Source: Candidatus Heimdallarchaeum aukensis
GTDB taxonomy: Archaea; Asgardarchaeota; Heimdallarchaeia; Heimdallarchaeales; Heimdallarchaeaceae
Direction: 5' to 3'
NCBI GenBank assembly: GCA_021513695.1
Contig: CP084166.1
Coordinates: forward strand, 1,056,001 to 1,120,000
Length of the DNA: 64,000 bases
Shown: piece by piece, positions 49,671-58,250 of the stretch
Numbering within the stretch: position 1 is the first letter of the stretch
Layout: the number at the start of each line of letters is the position of its first letter
Translations under genes and position numbers: made by a program
The notes under the pieces: model-generated
The model's database searches: none
Told to the model about the DNA's origin: nothing
What the model saw: only the letters and a program-made list of their open reading frames with translations

Positions 49671-51815
49671 CTAATTTAAATTACCTAAGAATTCTAAAAA
49701 AGCTAAAAATTCAGTATTTTTATTTTTAATTAATTTTATAACTAAATTGAAACATTCTTCAAATGTCATATCTTTCCAGTCGTCTTTTTTGAATTTTGTT
49801 ACTGTCTTTTTAATCATACCTTCTAAATCATTCTCCCAAGAGAAAATATTGTAATTCTTTGCAAAACTAATAATCTCCTTTTTCCTTTCTTGTATATTAG
49901 TTGTTTTTGAAGAAAAAATTTCATCTAAATTTATATTACACCGTTGTTTCAAAATTTTACTAATATAACTATTAGTCAAAGAATTTTTAGGTTTAAGAAA
50001 TGCATCAAAATCACATATTAAAACATACTTAATATCAAAGAAATCTGCTATCGATAAAGCCTTGGAAATATCACCGGTACCATCAATTGAAATAACATCC
50101 CAATTTAAGAAATTCGTGCTTGAAAGATTAAGTTCTTTTTGAATATGATGATTCTCCAGAACAGAGAATAAAGTTGTAACAATTTTATTGTCATATGTTC
50201 CTTCAACAAAAATAACATTGGAAGCAAAAAATATGCTTTTTATGTTAGGATCCAAGAGAAAACGATTATAACGCTCTTCATCTTTAAGTCCTTCAAGAAA
50301 AGATCTTAAATATTTAATCTGACTTCCAGTTTTTGTTTTTAAACATCGAAGAATTGAATATAGAAGTTCATTAGATATCAAATCAGGACTATGAGTGACA
50401 ACTAAATAAGAATGCTCATTATCTTGTTTAATATAATTACCAAGTTTCTTTCTAAAAGAAGGATGAAGAGTTTTACCAGGTTCATCTAATATTATAGTAT
50501 CAGCTTCAAATCCATAAATGGAACATAAAACCATTAAAATCTCATAAGCTCCTCCAGGCGAGCAATTTAATCTAAAAGCTTTATTATTTTGCAAGTCGTG
50601 AAATTGAATATCAGGACGTTTACCTGTTAATACTGCACCTTCATCTAATTTAATAGAATAGGAGTTTTGTTGAGAATAAGAAGAATCAGGTTCAATTAAG
50701 AGAACAGGAGCTTTTTTTTCATGAACCTTTTCGTCAACAAGGACAATGTTAAAATTATATTTTTCTTCAGTCATAGTTTTGAAATGTTCTCTGATACGTT
50801 CAAAAATTTCTTGCTCTTTGGGATTTGAACTCATTTTCTTTTGAAATAGTGCATATTTGATTCTTTCAAGAGTTAGTACATTTGTAATGTTTTCTCTCCA
50901 AGGATAACTAAAACCATTTTCTAATAATCCTCTATCTTCTCTTAAAATAACAACTTTTTGTCTAATGATTTTTGAAATAAAATTGCCAAAATATTTGTAG
51001 TAATTATAAATTTCAATTTTATAACCCATTTTTCGAAGCAAAATTCTAAAATCTGCAGATAAATTATGAAGTTCAGGTAAAAAATCAATATTACTGAAAT
51101 CTAATTCAGATAAATATAAAATTAAGGCTTTTTCAAATATATATTGAAAAAAAATATTTTTTAGAAAATCTTCATTATTTTTAACAAGTTCTTTAATATC
51201 TTCTCCAGGATATAAATCATTAAAGGATTTGACGAAAGAAGTAATATTTCGAAAATCTAGATATTGATTTTTACTTAATGTTAAAATTTCATCTAATTTT
51301 TTCTCTTTGTCAACTAAAATAATTATATTTGTTGAAGGATTACTTAAGTAAATGTTTAAAGATTCATTAAATGAAAGTATTAAAAAATATTTTAATCTCT
51401 CAGGATTGTTGCTTTCAGAACAAAAGCCTATTGTTAAATCAGAAAAAGAATCCTTGAGAAAATTCTCCCAATTGTTAAAGAAAGAATAGATTAATGCTCT
51501 ACCGAATTCTTGATCTGAACTTAAATGCATTGAACAAAAAGATAAGACAAGAAATTTACGTAAAAAAATACGTTCATCTTCACTTAGTTCAAAGGTTAAA
51601 TAAATTTTAGATTGAGTTTTGGTGTCCCAAAAAGGAAAATAAGACCAATCTAAGTTAGAGGTTGCAGAGTTGGATAATATAAAATCAATTATTCTAACAA
51701 GATTAGATTTTCCAGAACCATTCTCGCCAACAATAATAGACTTTTGATTAAGATTTATTTCTTGTTCTTCAGAATAAGAAAGAAAGTTCTTGATATAAAT
51801 CTTCTTAAGAATCAT
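49671..51815 (-). CDS. OLD-family (overcoming lysogenization defect) ABC-type ATPase with C-terminal Toprim nuclease domain
   Basis: N-terminus IKNFLSYSEEQEINL...IIVGENGSGKSNLVRIIDFIL (AAA_15/21-type Walker A). Distal D-loop/H-loop ILDEPGKTLHP...LVVTHSPDL. C-terminal Toprim-like VIFVEGTYDNKIV and LICDFDAF (E and DxD). Confidence 0.7.
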   Translation of the reverse strand: MILKKIYIKNFLSYSEEQEINLNQKSIIVGENGSGKSNLVRIIDFILSNSATSNLDWSYFPFWDTKTQSKIYLTFELSEDERIFLRKFLVLSFCSMHLSSDQEFGRALIYSFFNNWENFLKDSFSDLTIGFCSESNNPERLKYFLILSFNESLNIYLSNPSTNIIILVDKEKKLDEILTLSKNQYLDFRNITSFVKSFNDLYPGEDIKELVKNNEDFLKNIFFQYIFEKALILYLSELDFSNIDFLPELHNLSADFRILLRKMGYKIEIYNYYKYFGNFISKIIRQKVVILREDRGLLENGFSYPWRENITNVLTLERIKYALFQKKMSSNPKEQEIFERIREHFKTMTEEKYNFNIVLVDEKVHEKKAPVLLIEPDSSYSQQNSYSIKLDEGAVLTGKRPDIQFHDLQNNKAFRLNCSPGGAYEILMVLCSIYGFEADTIILDEPGKTLHPSFRKKLGNYIKQDNEHSYLVVTHSPDLISNELLYSILRCLKTKTGSQIKYLRSFLEGLKDEERYNRFLLDPNIKSIFFASNVIFVEGTYDNKIVTTLFSVLENHHIQKELNLSSTNFLNWDVISIDGTGDISKALSIADFFDIKYVLICDFDAFLKPKNSLTNSYISKILKQRCNINLDEIFSSKTTNIQERKKEIISFAKNYNIFSWENDLEGMIKKTVTKFKKDDWKDMTFEECFNLVIKLIKNKNTEFLAFLEFLGNLN

Positions 51816-51961
51816 TGATTAAAAATGAATTTTAACTATAAGTATTTTTCTTTTATAATTAAAGAAAATAGTAAGAAGAAAAAGATTAAACAAAATTTAG
51901 AATAGATAGAAAATTTTAAATGAGAAAATAAAAAGAGAACTGTAGATAGAAACAGCAAATT

Positions 51962-52038
51962 GACCGGGTAGTCTAGCTTGGTACGATACATGCTTGGGGT
52001 GCATGTGATCCTGGGTTCGAATCCCAGCTCGGTCACCA
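51962..52038 (+). tRNA. tRNA-Pro (anticodon GGG), CCA encoded
   Basis: Manual fold: acceptor GACCGGG/CTCGGTC (one G-U pair), anticodon stem CATGC/GCATG with loop TTGGGGT (anticodon GGG, G37), T-arm CTGGG-TTCGAAT-CCCAG, discriminator A, then CCA. Confidence 0.85.
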
Positions 52039-52385
52039 TGTATTATTCTCCAATTACAGCAAACATAGATGAAATATGCGAAATTTCTTTTTTTCATTGA
52101 ATTATTTGTACTATTTTTTTTACTATAAGATAAATTTACATGTAATTACTTATCTATATTAATGTAGTAAATATTGTTTGTTTAAAATCACATTATTTTA
52201 AGAACTATTATAAAAAATGTTGTAAATGATAATTTATTTTCTTGTTATTGAAAAATAGGAACAAATAAGGATTTCTTCATTAAGTACAAAGTCTTAAATA
52301 TTGAGCAAAATAAACACAAATAATTACACATAGAAAAAACTAAACAATAATGTCAAATTAAGCGTTGATACTCTATAATATGTAA

Positions 52386-52785
52386 TTGTCCCCAAATTTC
52401 CTTGCTTTGTTTGGCATTTGTGTTGGAATGAGTAGTATGAAACTTATCAAGGTATCAATTCTGACCACTTTATTTTCTCTATATCTATTTTTTTCAAGTT
52501 CACAACATTTAGTTTTTGCAGCTAATCTGGAACTTAATTCACAATTGCCGTTATTATGGACTTTTACAACTGACAGTCAATTCTATTCAAGCCCTGCTAT
52601 TGGAGATTTGGATGGAGATAACATATATACGTAAAACAAATCCTTGGAAATGGGATACAGATTGGGATACATTACCAGATGGATATGATATATTTCCCCT
52701 ATTTCCAGATGGATGGATCTATTATGGGATACTTGGTTCAGTTATTGTATTAGTTGTGGTAAAATTATACAAAAAGAAAAGATAA
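52386..52785 (+). pseudogene. Degenerate remnant of a surface-protein gene (signal peptide plus first FG-GAP-like repeat, frameshift, then C-terminal TM anchor only)
   Basis: ORF1 has a signal peptide and GDLDGD. Overlapping ORF2 in another frame ends with a TM helix plus KKKR, the same termini architecture as the intact surface proteins here. Confidence 0.4.
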
Positions 52786-52901
52786 ACTAATAAAACAGAA
52801 TATTGGTCTATATCCTTGTTTGAAATACTAATCTGTTATCTATCATTTTTTTATGCTTGATAAAAAAGTGAATAGAATATCTGAATTCTTTTTTCTTTTT
52901 T

Positions 52902-53444
52902 TTACATTTTTCTTATTATTTCTATTGCTTCTTCTACTTCTTTTACTTTTATTATTTTTTCTCTTTCTTTTTCATCTATTTTTTCTTCTTTTGCTATTTT
53001 TTCGCTCCACCCACCTGATTTTTCTATTAATATTATTTTTTTACCATATTGCCACGCCATTGCTATTTCTGATAATGTCCCTGCTCCTCCTCCTATCCCT
53101 ACCACCACATCTGCGGACAGTACTATTATTTGATTTCTCGCGTAACTCATTCCTGTTGGTATTATGATATCCACGTATTCATTTGCTTGTTCTTTTTTTG
53201 TTGTCGGCAATATTCCTATAGTCATTCCTTCTCTGTATTTTTTTGCCTTTTTTGCTCCTTTACACACTTCTTTCATTATTCCGTCTTTTCCTCCACATAT
53301 TATTCTGCAATTATTTTCTACTAGTTTTTCTCCTAGTTCCTCTGCTATTTTTTTCAGTTCTTCTTTTATTTCTCCCCCTTTGCCTATTACTGCTACTTGC
53401 TTTATTTTATTCACCTTCGTCCCTCCAAATGTTATTATTTTCAA
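52902..53444 (-). CDS. LOG/TIGR00725-family (SLOG-type Rossmann) protein
   Basis: VAVIGKGG...CGGKDGIM...VVVGIGGGAGTLSEIAMAW matches the GGGxGTxxE signature of LOG-like/DprA-related Rossmann proteins. Confidence 0.65.
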   Translation of the reverse strand: MKIITFGGTKVNKIKQVAVIGKGGEIKEELKKIAEELGEKLVENNCRIICGGKDGIMKEVCKGAKKAKKYREGMTIGILPTTKKEQANEYVDIIIPTGMSYARNQIIVLSADVVVGIGGGAGTLSEIAMAWQYGKKIILIEKSGGWSEKIAKEEKIDEKEREKIIKVKEVEEAIEIIRKM

Positions 53445-53500
53445 AAAGTTGTCCTAGTTTTTATGTTTAAGCTTTCTTCTTTTCTTTATTTAATTATTCT

Positions 53501-54403
53501 TTAATTATATCTTTTTGACATTGCTTTCATTAGTTTTGCTTGGAACTTTGTTCTTTTGTTAAAGGGTATATTTAGCTGATATCTTTTTGTAAACAGTTTT
53601 TGCAATTCTCTATGTTCGTTATGGTACATTCCTATTACAAACTTTGCTTGTTCTTCAAGTAATGTTTCATAATTTTCATTTAATATTAAGTCTATATAGT
53701 AATCTAGGAAATATTTTTCTTCTTTTGCTATTTTTTCTACTTTTGACTGCTTATTTTTTACTATTACTTTTTCTTCTCTTGCTTTTTCATGTTTTCCAAA
53801 GAAGTACAATACGTTGTGAACTAGTTGGTTTTGGCATGTTTTATCTGAATACGAAATTAGGGAAAAGTCATAGCTTGCTTCGTATGGTATTGCTTTATCT
53901 ACTAGTGCTGCTAGTTCAATTAGTCCTTTTTCACTTAAATTTGGTTGTAATATTACTTTATCCTGTATCATTGCTGATACAACAATTTCTCTTAGAGTTT
54001 TATCGTCTATTTTTTCATAGATTTTGTTTTTTTCTTTCCTAAAATGCTTTTCTGTGAGAATTTGTGGTTCTTGTTCTATTGAATCAAATAAATCTGAATA
54101 AATTAGAGGAGAAGCATAATAAAATAATGAATTAAAATTATACTCTTCTGACGGAACTATTATATTTTGTGCAAGTGCTTTTGGTCTTCCAAACGGATCT
54201 ACCCCATCACTTCTTACTAGTTTTACTACTATATCTCCTGTGTTTTGCATTGTAAATTTAGAAACGTATTTTATATGCTTTTTTTGCTTGGATGACAATT
54301 CTGGTAGAAAAATAATTGAATTTTCCTTTAATTCTTCTGGAATATTGGCTAACCAGATTTTATATCCATACTTGTCATCTCTCTTAGTTACAACTTGATA
54401 CAT
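53501..54403 (-). CDS. Hypothetical protein (unknown partner of the SLOG-like gene)
   Basis: 300-aa ORF 56 bp upstream of the SLOG-like gene on the same strand. Confidence 0.45.
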   Translation of the reverse strand: MYQVVTKRDDKYGYKIWLANIPEELKENSIIFLPELSSKQKKHIKYVSKFTMQNTGDIVVKLVRSDGVDPFGRPKALAQNIIVPSEEYNFNSLFYYASPLIYSDLFDSIEQEPQILTEKHFRKEKNKIYEKIDDKTLREIVVSAMIQDKVILQPNLSEKGLIELAALVDKAIPYEASYDFSLISYSDKTCQNQLVHNVLYFFGKHEKAREEKVIVKNKQSKVEKIAKEEKYFLDYYIDLILNENYETLLEEQAKFVIGMYHNEHRELQKLFTKRYQLNIPFNKRTKFQAKLMKAMSKRYN

Positions 54404-54528
54404 CTACAGTTCATCTTTTTGATTTTCAGTTATTTTGCCTTTATTCAATAAATATCTTTCTCTTGTAAAAATTTTTCCTCTTTCTTTTTGAAAATATTCT
54501 TATAGTTTTTTTAGTTAATTAGTATATC

Positions 54529-55560
54529 TTGAAAAAGAACTATGATTTATCTGAATTATTTTCTGTTATCGACAATCAACTAGTTAACTCTCCTCTCAAA
54601 GCAATTGAACTTTTAGAAGATAATTCAGAGCACTTCGAGGACAATATCCTTTTTTTCTTGCGTTTAGGAGAACTTTATTTCAATCAAAAAAAATATGACA
54701 GTGCTTTACTTTCTTTTTCCCGAGCACTAGAGCTTGAACCAGAGAATGTGGAAGTATTATCACATATCAGTGATGTTTACATCAAGAAAAGAGATTACAC
54801 CCAAGCTGAAGTTGCTCTCCTAAAGGCTATAGAATATGAACCTAAGAACACTCTATTACTAAGTAAACTTGCTAATTTGTATTTTGATATTGGTAAATAT
54901 TACGAGTCTCAACAATTGCTCATTCAAGCAATAGAAGAAGAACCTAAAGCTGAATACTATTCTTTACTTGCTACTATCTATAAGAAAATGGATAATGATA
55001 TTGCTTGTTGGAACACTTTAGTAAAAGCAGAACAATTGTTTCCAGATGATATAAACATACTTAACCAGATTGGAGCTTATTATTTTGATTTGGACAATTT
55101 CTCAAAAGCTTTATCTTATTTTCAACGAGCTCTTTCTTTAGACCCTGAAAACCAGCATTCTCTTTTTCAGTTAGCAAAAACTTTTGAGAAAATGAACGAT
55201 CCTTACAATGCTATTGATATGTATTCAAAAATTGTAGAGATTAATCCTGATCATGCTTTAGCTTATTTTTATTTAGGAAAACTTTATTCTTCTCTTGGCG
55301 ACTTCGCTCAAGCACTTATTTGCTATTCTAAATGTTTAGAACTTGATCCTTCCTTCTCTGATGCTGCTTTAGATTTAGCTTCTATACACTGGGTATCAAA
55401 AGAATATAACAAAGCTTTATCTATTTTGAAAGAAGCATTAAAATTTTCAAAAGACAAGGAGATTTATAAGATGATGAGCAATATTTACGAAGAAACAGGC
55501 AATGAAAATAAAGCTAAATATTATAGAGAACTATCTAGAACAAATAATAACGAGGATTAA
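54529..55560 (+). CDS. TPR-repeat protein
   Basis: At least 8 tandem 34-aa repeats with the W-LG-Y/A-F-A-P pattern (AL..F..AL.L.P.N). Confidence 0.8.
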   Translation: MKKNYDLSELFSVIDNQLVNSPLKAIELLEDNSEHFEDNILFFLRLGELYFNQKKYDSALLSFSRALELEPENVEVLSHISDVYIKKRDYTQAEVALLKAIEYEPKNTLLLSKLANLYFDIGKYYESQQLLIQAIEEEPKAEYYSLLATIYKKMDNDIACWNTLVKAEQLFPDDINILNQIGAYYFDLDNFSKALSYFQRALSLDPENQHSLFQLAKTFEKMNDPYNAIDMYSKIVEINPDHALAYFYLGKLYSSLGDFAQALICYSKCLELDPSFSDAALDLASIHWVSKEYNKALSILKEALKFSKDKEIYKMMSNIYEETGNENKAKYYRELSRTNNNED

Positions 55561-55562
55561 GA

Positions 55563-55970
55563 TTGTTACTTCTTCCTATTGTCTCTTTTTCACAAGGACT
55601 AAAAGGTACATATCTTCTTTTCATTAGTCTAGACAAAAAATTAACTATTAACCTAAGTAATAAACAATTTTCCCTCGAAAAAGCTAACTATATTTATGTT
55701 GGGAGTGCTTTTGGCTCTGGAGGACTAAAATCTCGGGTTTCTCGCCATCTTTTAAAAACAAAGAATAAACGCTGGCACATAGATTTTTTGACTAGTTCTG
55801 ATCATTCTGAAGTTGTAGGAGTAGTTTATTTTATTAATCAAAAAATTGAGTGCTATTTAGGTAAGCTTCTTTCTACTTTCTCTTCTTTAGAACCTGTTTT
55901 TGGTTTTGGAAACTCTGATTGTAAAGAAAATTGTGATAGTCATTTATTTAAAATTGTAAAAAAGGAATAA
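55563..55970 (+). CDS. GIY-YIG (Uri) superfamily endonuclease, DUF123/COG1833-like
   Basis: YIYVGSAFGSGGLKSRVSRHL followed by RWHIDFL resembles the GxYxYxGSA...R...H and HWHIDYL blocks of archaeal DUF123 Uri nucleases. Begins 3 bp after the TPR gene stop. Confidence 0.5.
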   Translation: MLLLPIVSFSQGLKGTYLLFISLDKKLTINLSNKQFSLEKANYIYVGSAFGSGGLKSRVSRHLLKTKNKRWHIDFLTSSDHSEVVGVVYFINQKIECYLGKLLSTFSSLEPVFGFGNSDCKENCDSHLFKIVKKE

Positions 55971-56037
55971 AATGAAGTTTTAATGATACCTTCAAATATC
56001 TTTTTGGGGTAAGATTTAATAAACAAATAATAAAAAT

Positions 56038-56445
56038 ATGTTTATGGCAAGTGCAGTTGTCGAGCAATTACTTAATCTTGCTGTTGAAATAGTTCTATTC
56101 TATGCTGCAGCAGCGATTATAAGCGCTTCAATGTTTTCTAAAAAAGCTAAGAAGTGGAGTTGGGTTAACCTGATCATGGCTATTATTGTAAGCTTAGCTT
56201 GGACTTTTTCAATCAATCTCTTTAACGGGCGAGCCGCCGCAGCGACTTTCGGTATCATACTATTTATTATTTGTTTCTTCTTGTGGACTATTGCTGCTGA
56301 TGTTTCTGATAGACGTGCAGCATATGCAGCTCTCTTATCGCTTCTACTATGGTTCCTTTTCTGTTGGGTTTTAATTATTATCCTCCACTTATTCGAAGTA
56401 CACTTATTTGACAGTATACCTTACTTATTTAGCTATTTCACATAA
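56038..56445 (+). CDS. Small 4-TM membrane protein
   Basis: 135 aa, four hydrophobic helices, Ala-rich. Its 3' end overlaps the radical SAM gene's 3' end by 8 bp (convergent). Confidence 0.4.
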   Translation: MFMASAVVEQLLNLAVEIVLFYAAAAIISASMFSKKAKKWSWVNLIMAIIVSLAWTFSINLFNGRAAAATFGIILFIICFFLWTIAADVSDRRAAYAALLSLLLWFLFCWVLIIILHLFEVHLFDSIPYLFSYFT

Positions 56446-57859
56446 AGAAATCAACAAATTGGTTAATATCCAAAGAATAATTAATTTTATTCTTTACCTT
56501 TTTTTCTTTCTCATACTTATCAAAAAAAAGAGGAAAACGCTCTTTCACTGTATCAATGAAGTAAATAAGTAATTCTACCAACCTAATATTTAATTCACAC
56601 TCTATTTTGTTAACATCACCTTCAACAGCTTGCTTTTCTTTCCAATCAACACAAGGTCCTCCGCAAATATACCTTATGGGACAAGAAGAACATTCTTGTA
56701 TTAAATCTACAAGTTTCACTACATCGTTTTCAAGATCTTTCATGGACAAATTCTTTTTCCATTCTCCAAGTTTGTATTTTTTGTTTCCAATAAGGCTAGA
56801 ACAAGGATAGATTTCTGAATTTGGGCTTAAACTCAGAGCTGTTTTCCCTGCGGGGCAACGAGTAATCAGTTTTTCTCTTGATAATAGTCTATTCAAATAA
56901 CGTGAGATATAATCAGTAGGGCCGATTTTCTTTAAAAAGGATAGTAGTTCTCCTTCATTTAAGTTGAGTAAATGATCTACTAAATCTTCAACCCTTTCTA
57001 GAAAAGAGTCTAATTTTCTTTTATCCCATGCTCGATAATGATTATTATCTATTCTAAGAAGCCTTAAAGAAACATAGTCAAAATATTCTGAATAATAAGA
57101 ATAGAGAATGAACAAGTCTTCTATGTTAGGATGAACAGGTATAATTAAGTGTTTTACTACATTTTTCTTTACTAGAGACAAATTATCTATTACTCTTCTT
57201 TTTACTTTTTCATTTTCGATATCAAGTGTAACAGTCAAAAAACCATATTTATTTACAAAATCAATAAAACTTTGTTTTGGTGAAAAAAAGTTAGTGGAAG
57301 GGAGGAAATAGTAAATGGGAAAAGAGTATTTATTTTTAATCTGTTCAATAAACAGAACCATTTCATTAAAATATTCAAAGTTAAGCGTAATTTCACTTGT
57401 ATAGAAAAAGCTTATTCCTAGCGCTGTTTCTGATTTAGCTTTCCTTTTTAAATCTGCAAAATGTATAATTATTTCTTTAGCTCTTTCTACATCTAACTTT
57501 TCGTTCTCTTTTTTTCTCTCATTTCTTGCATAACAAAACCAACAATTTAAATTACATTCATTTGAAGGATTAATTACCAAATGGTCAAAAGTAACAATTT
57601 CTTTATCGAAACTTGCTCTTTCTTTCTCAGTTTCTACAATAAATTTTCTTTTCTTTAACAATCCCATTTGTGTTAGGATATTTTGATACTCTTTTTCTGA
57701 ATAATACTCCTTTAAGTCCTTTAAAGACAAAAATCTTTTCTTTTCAGAACATAACTCTGAATTACTAATTCTCCAAAAAAATCTAGTTTCAGGAGTATAA
57801 AGATAGGATTTACCATTATAAGAAAAAATCAAGATGTTAGTATTTTCTAGATTTAGCAT
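56438..57859 (-). CDS. Radical SAM enzyme with C-terminal SPASM domain and ~100-aa N-terminal extension (peptide-maturase-like)
   Basis: CxxxCxxC at CNLNCWFCYA. C-terminal Cys cluster CSSCPIRYICGGPCVDW is typical of SPASM/twitch auxiliary Fe-S domains. The N-terminal extension precedes the core, as RiPP recognition elements do. Confidence 0.8.
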   Translation of the reverse strand: MLNLENTNILIFSYNGKSYLYTPETRFFWRISNSELCSEKKRFLSLKDLKEYYSEKEYQNILTQMGLLKKRKFIVETEKERASFDKEIVTFDHLVINPSNECNLNCWFCYARNERKKENEKLDVERAKEIIIHFADLKRKAKSETALGISFFYTSEITLNFEYFNEMVLFIEQIKNKYSFPIYYFLPSTNFFSPKQSFIDFVNKYGFLTVTLDIENEKVKRRVIDNLSLVKKNVVKHLIIPVHPNIEDLFILYSYYSEYFDYVSLRLLRIDNNHYRAWDKRKLDSFLERVEDLVDHLLNLNEGELLSFLKKIGPTDYISRYLNRLLSREKLITRCPAGKTALSLSPNSEIYPCSSLIGNKKYKLGEWKKNLSMKDLENDVVKLVDLIQECSSCPIRYICGGPCVDWKEKQAVEGDVNKIECELNIRLVELLIYFIDTVKERFPLFFDKYEKEKKVKNKINYSLDINQFVDFFM

Positions 57860-58059
57860 ACAGATCCTGTCTCTTCATAGTCAGCTTCTTCATCATCACT
57901 TTCTTCATCTTGCATAAAGAAAGCTACTTTATCTAACGCAGAATTTTTATCTATAAATTTGCCCAACCTTTTATTCTTTTTAGTATCATAAACCACCCAC
58001 CACCCATCGCTTTCATCTCTGTAAATTTCAAAATCCCCACACTTTTCCCTTTCTGACAT
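57853..58059 (-). CDS. 68-aa highly acidic small protein ending in Cys; candidate substrate/precursor peptide of the radical SAM-SPASM enzyme
   Basis: MSEREKCGDFEIYRDESDGWWVVYDTKKNKRLGKFIDKNSALDKVAFFMQDEESDDEEADYEETGSVC. The stop overlaps the radical SAM start by 7 bp. Confidence 0.45.
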   Translation of the reverse strand: MSEREKCGDFEIYRDESDGWWVVYDTKKNKRLGKFIDKNSALDKVAFFMQDEESDDEEADYEETGSVC

Positions 58060-58250
58060 ATAGCAAAGTTCAGTTCAATATTTTAAAAATTTTTAGATAA
58101 CTAGCTTCTTATACTTACGAATAATTTTTATTAATTAAAACAAAGAATAGTAATAACAGATATTATTTAACTACTGTTAAGTAATTTAATTAAGATAAAA
58201 ATCAACTATATTTAGAAATTATCAGATAGTGTAATAAGGAGTAAATAAGA

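Noticed and set aside
51836-52097. Two minus-strand ORFs overlapping the tRNA-Pro gene
   Set aside because: Artefactual. The region encodes a well-formed tRNA.
52853-53470. Four plus-strand Leu/Phe-rich ORFs
   Set aside because: Antisense shadows of the Lys/Glu-rich SLOG-like gene on the minus strand.
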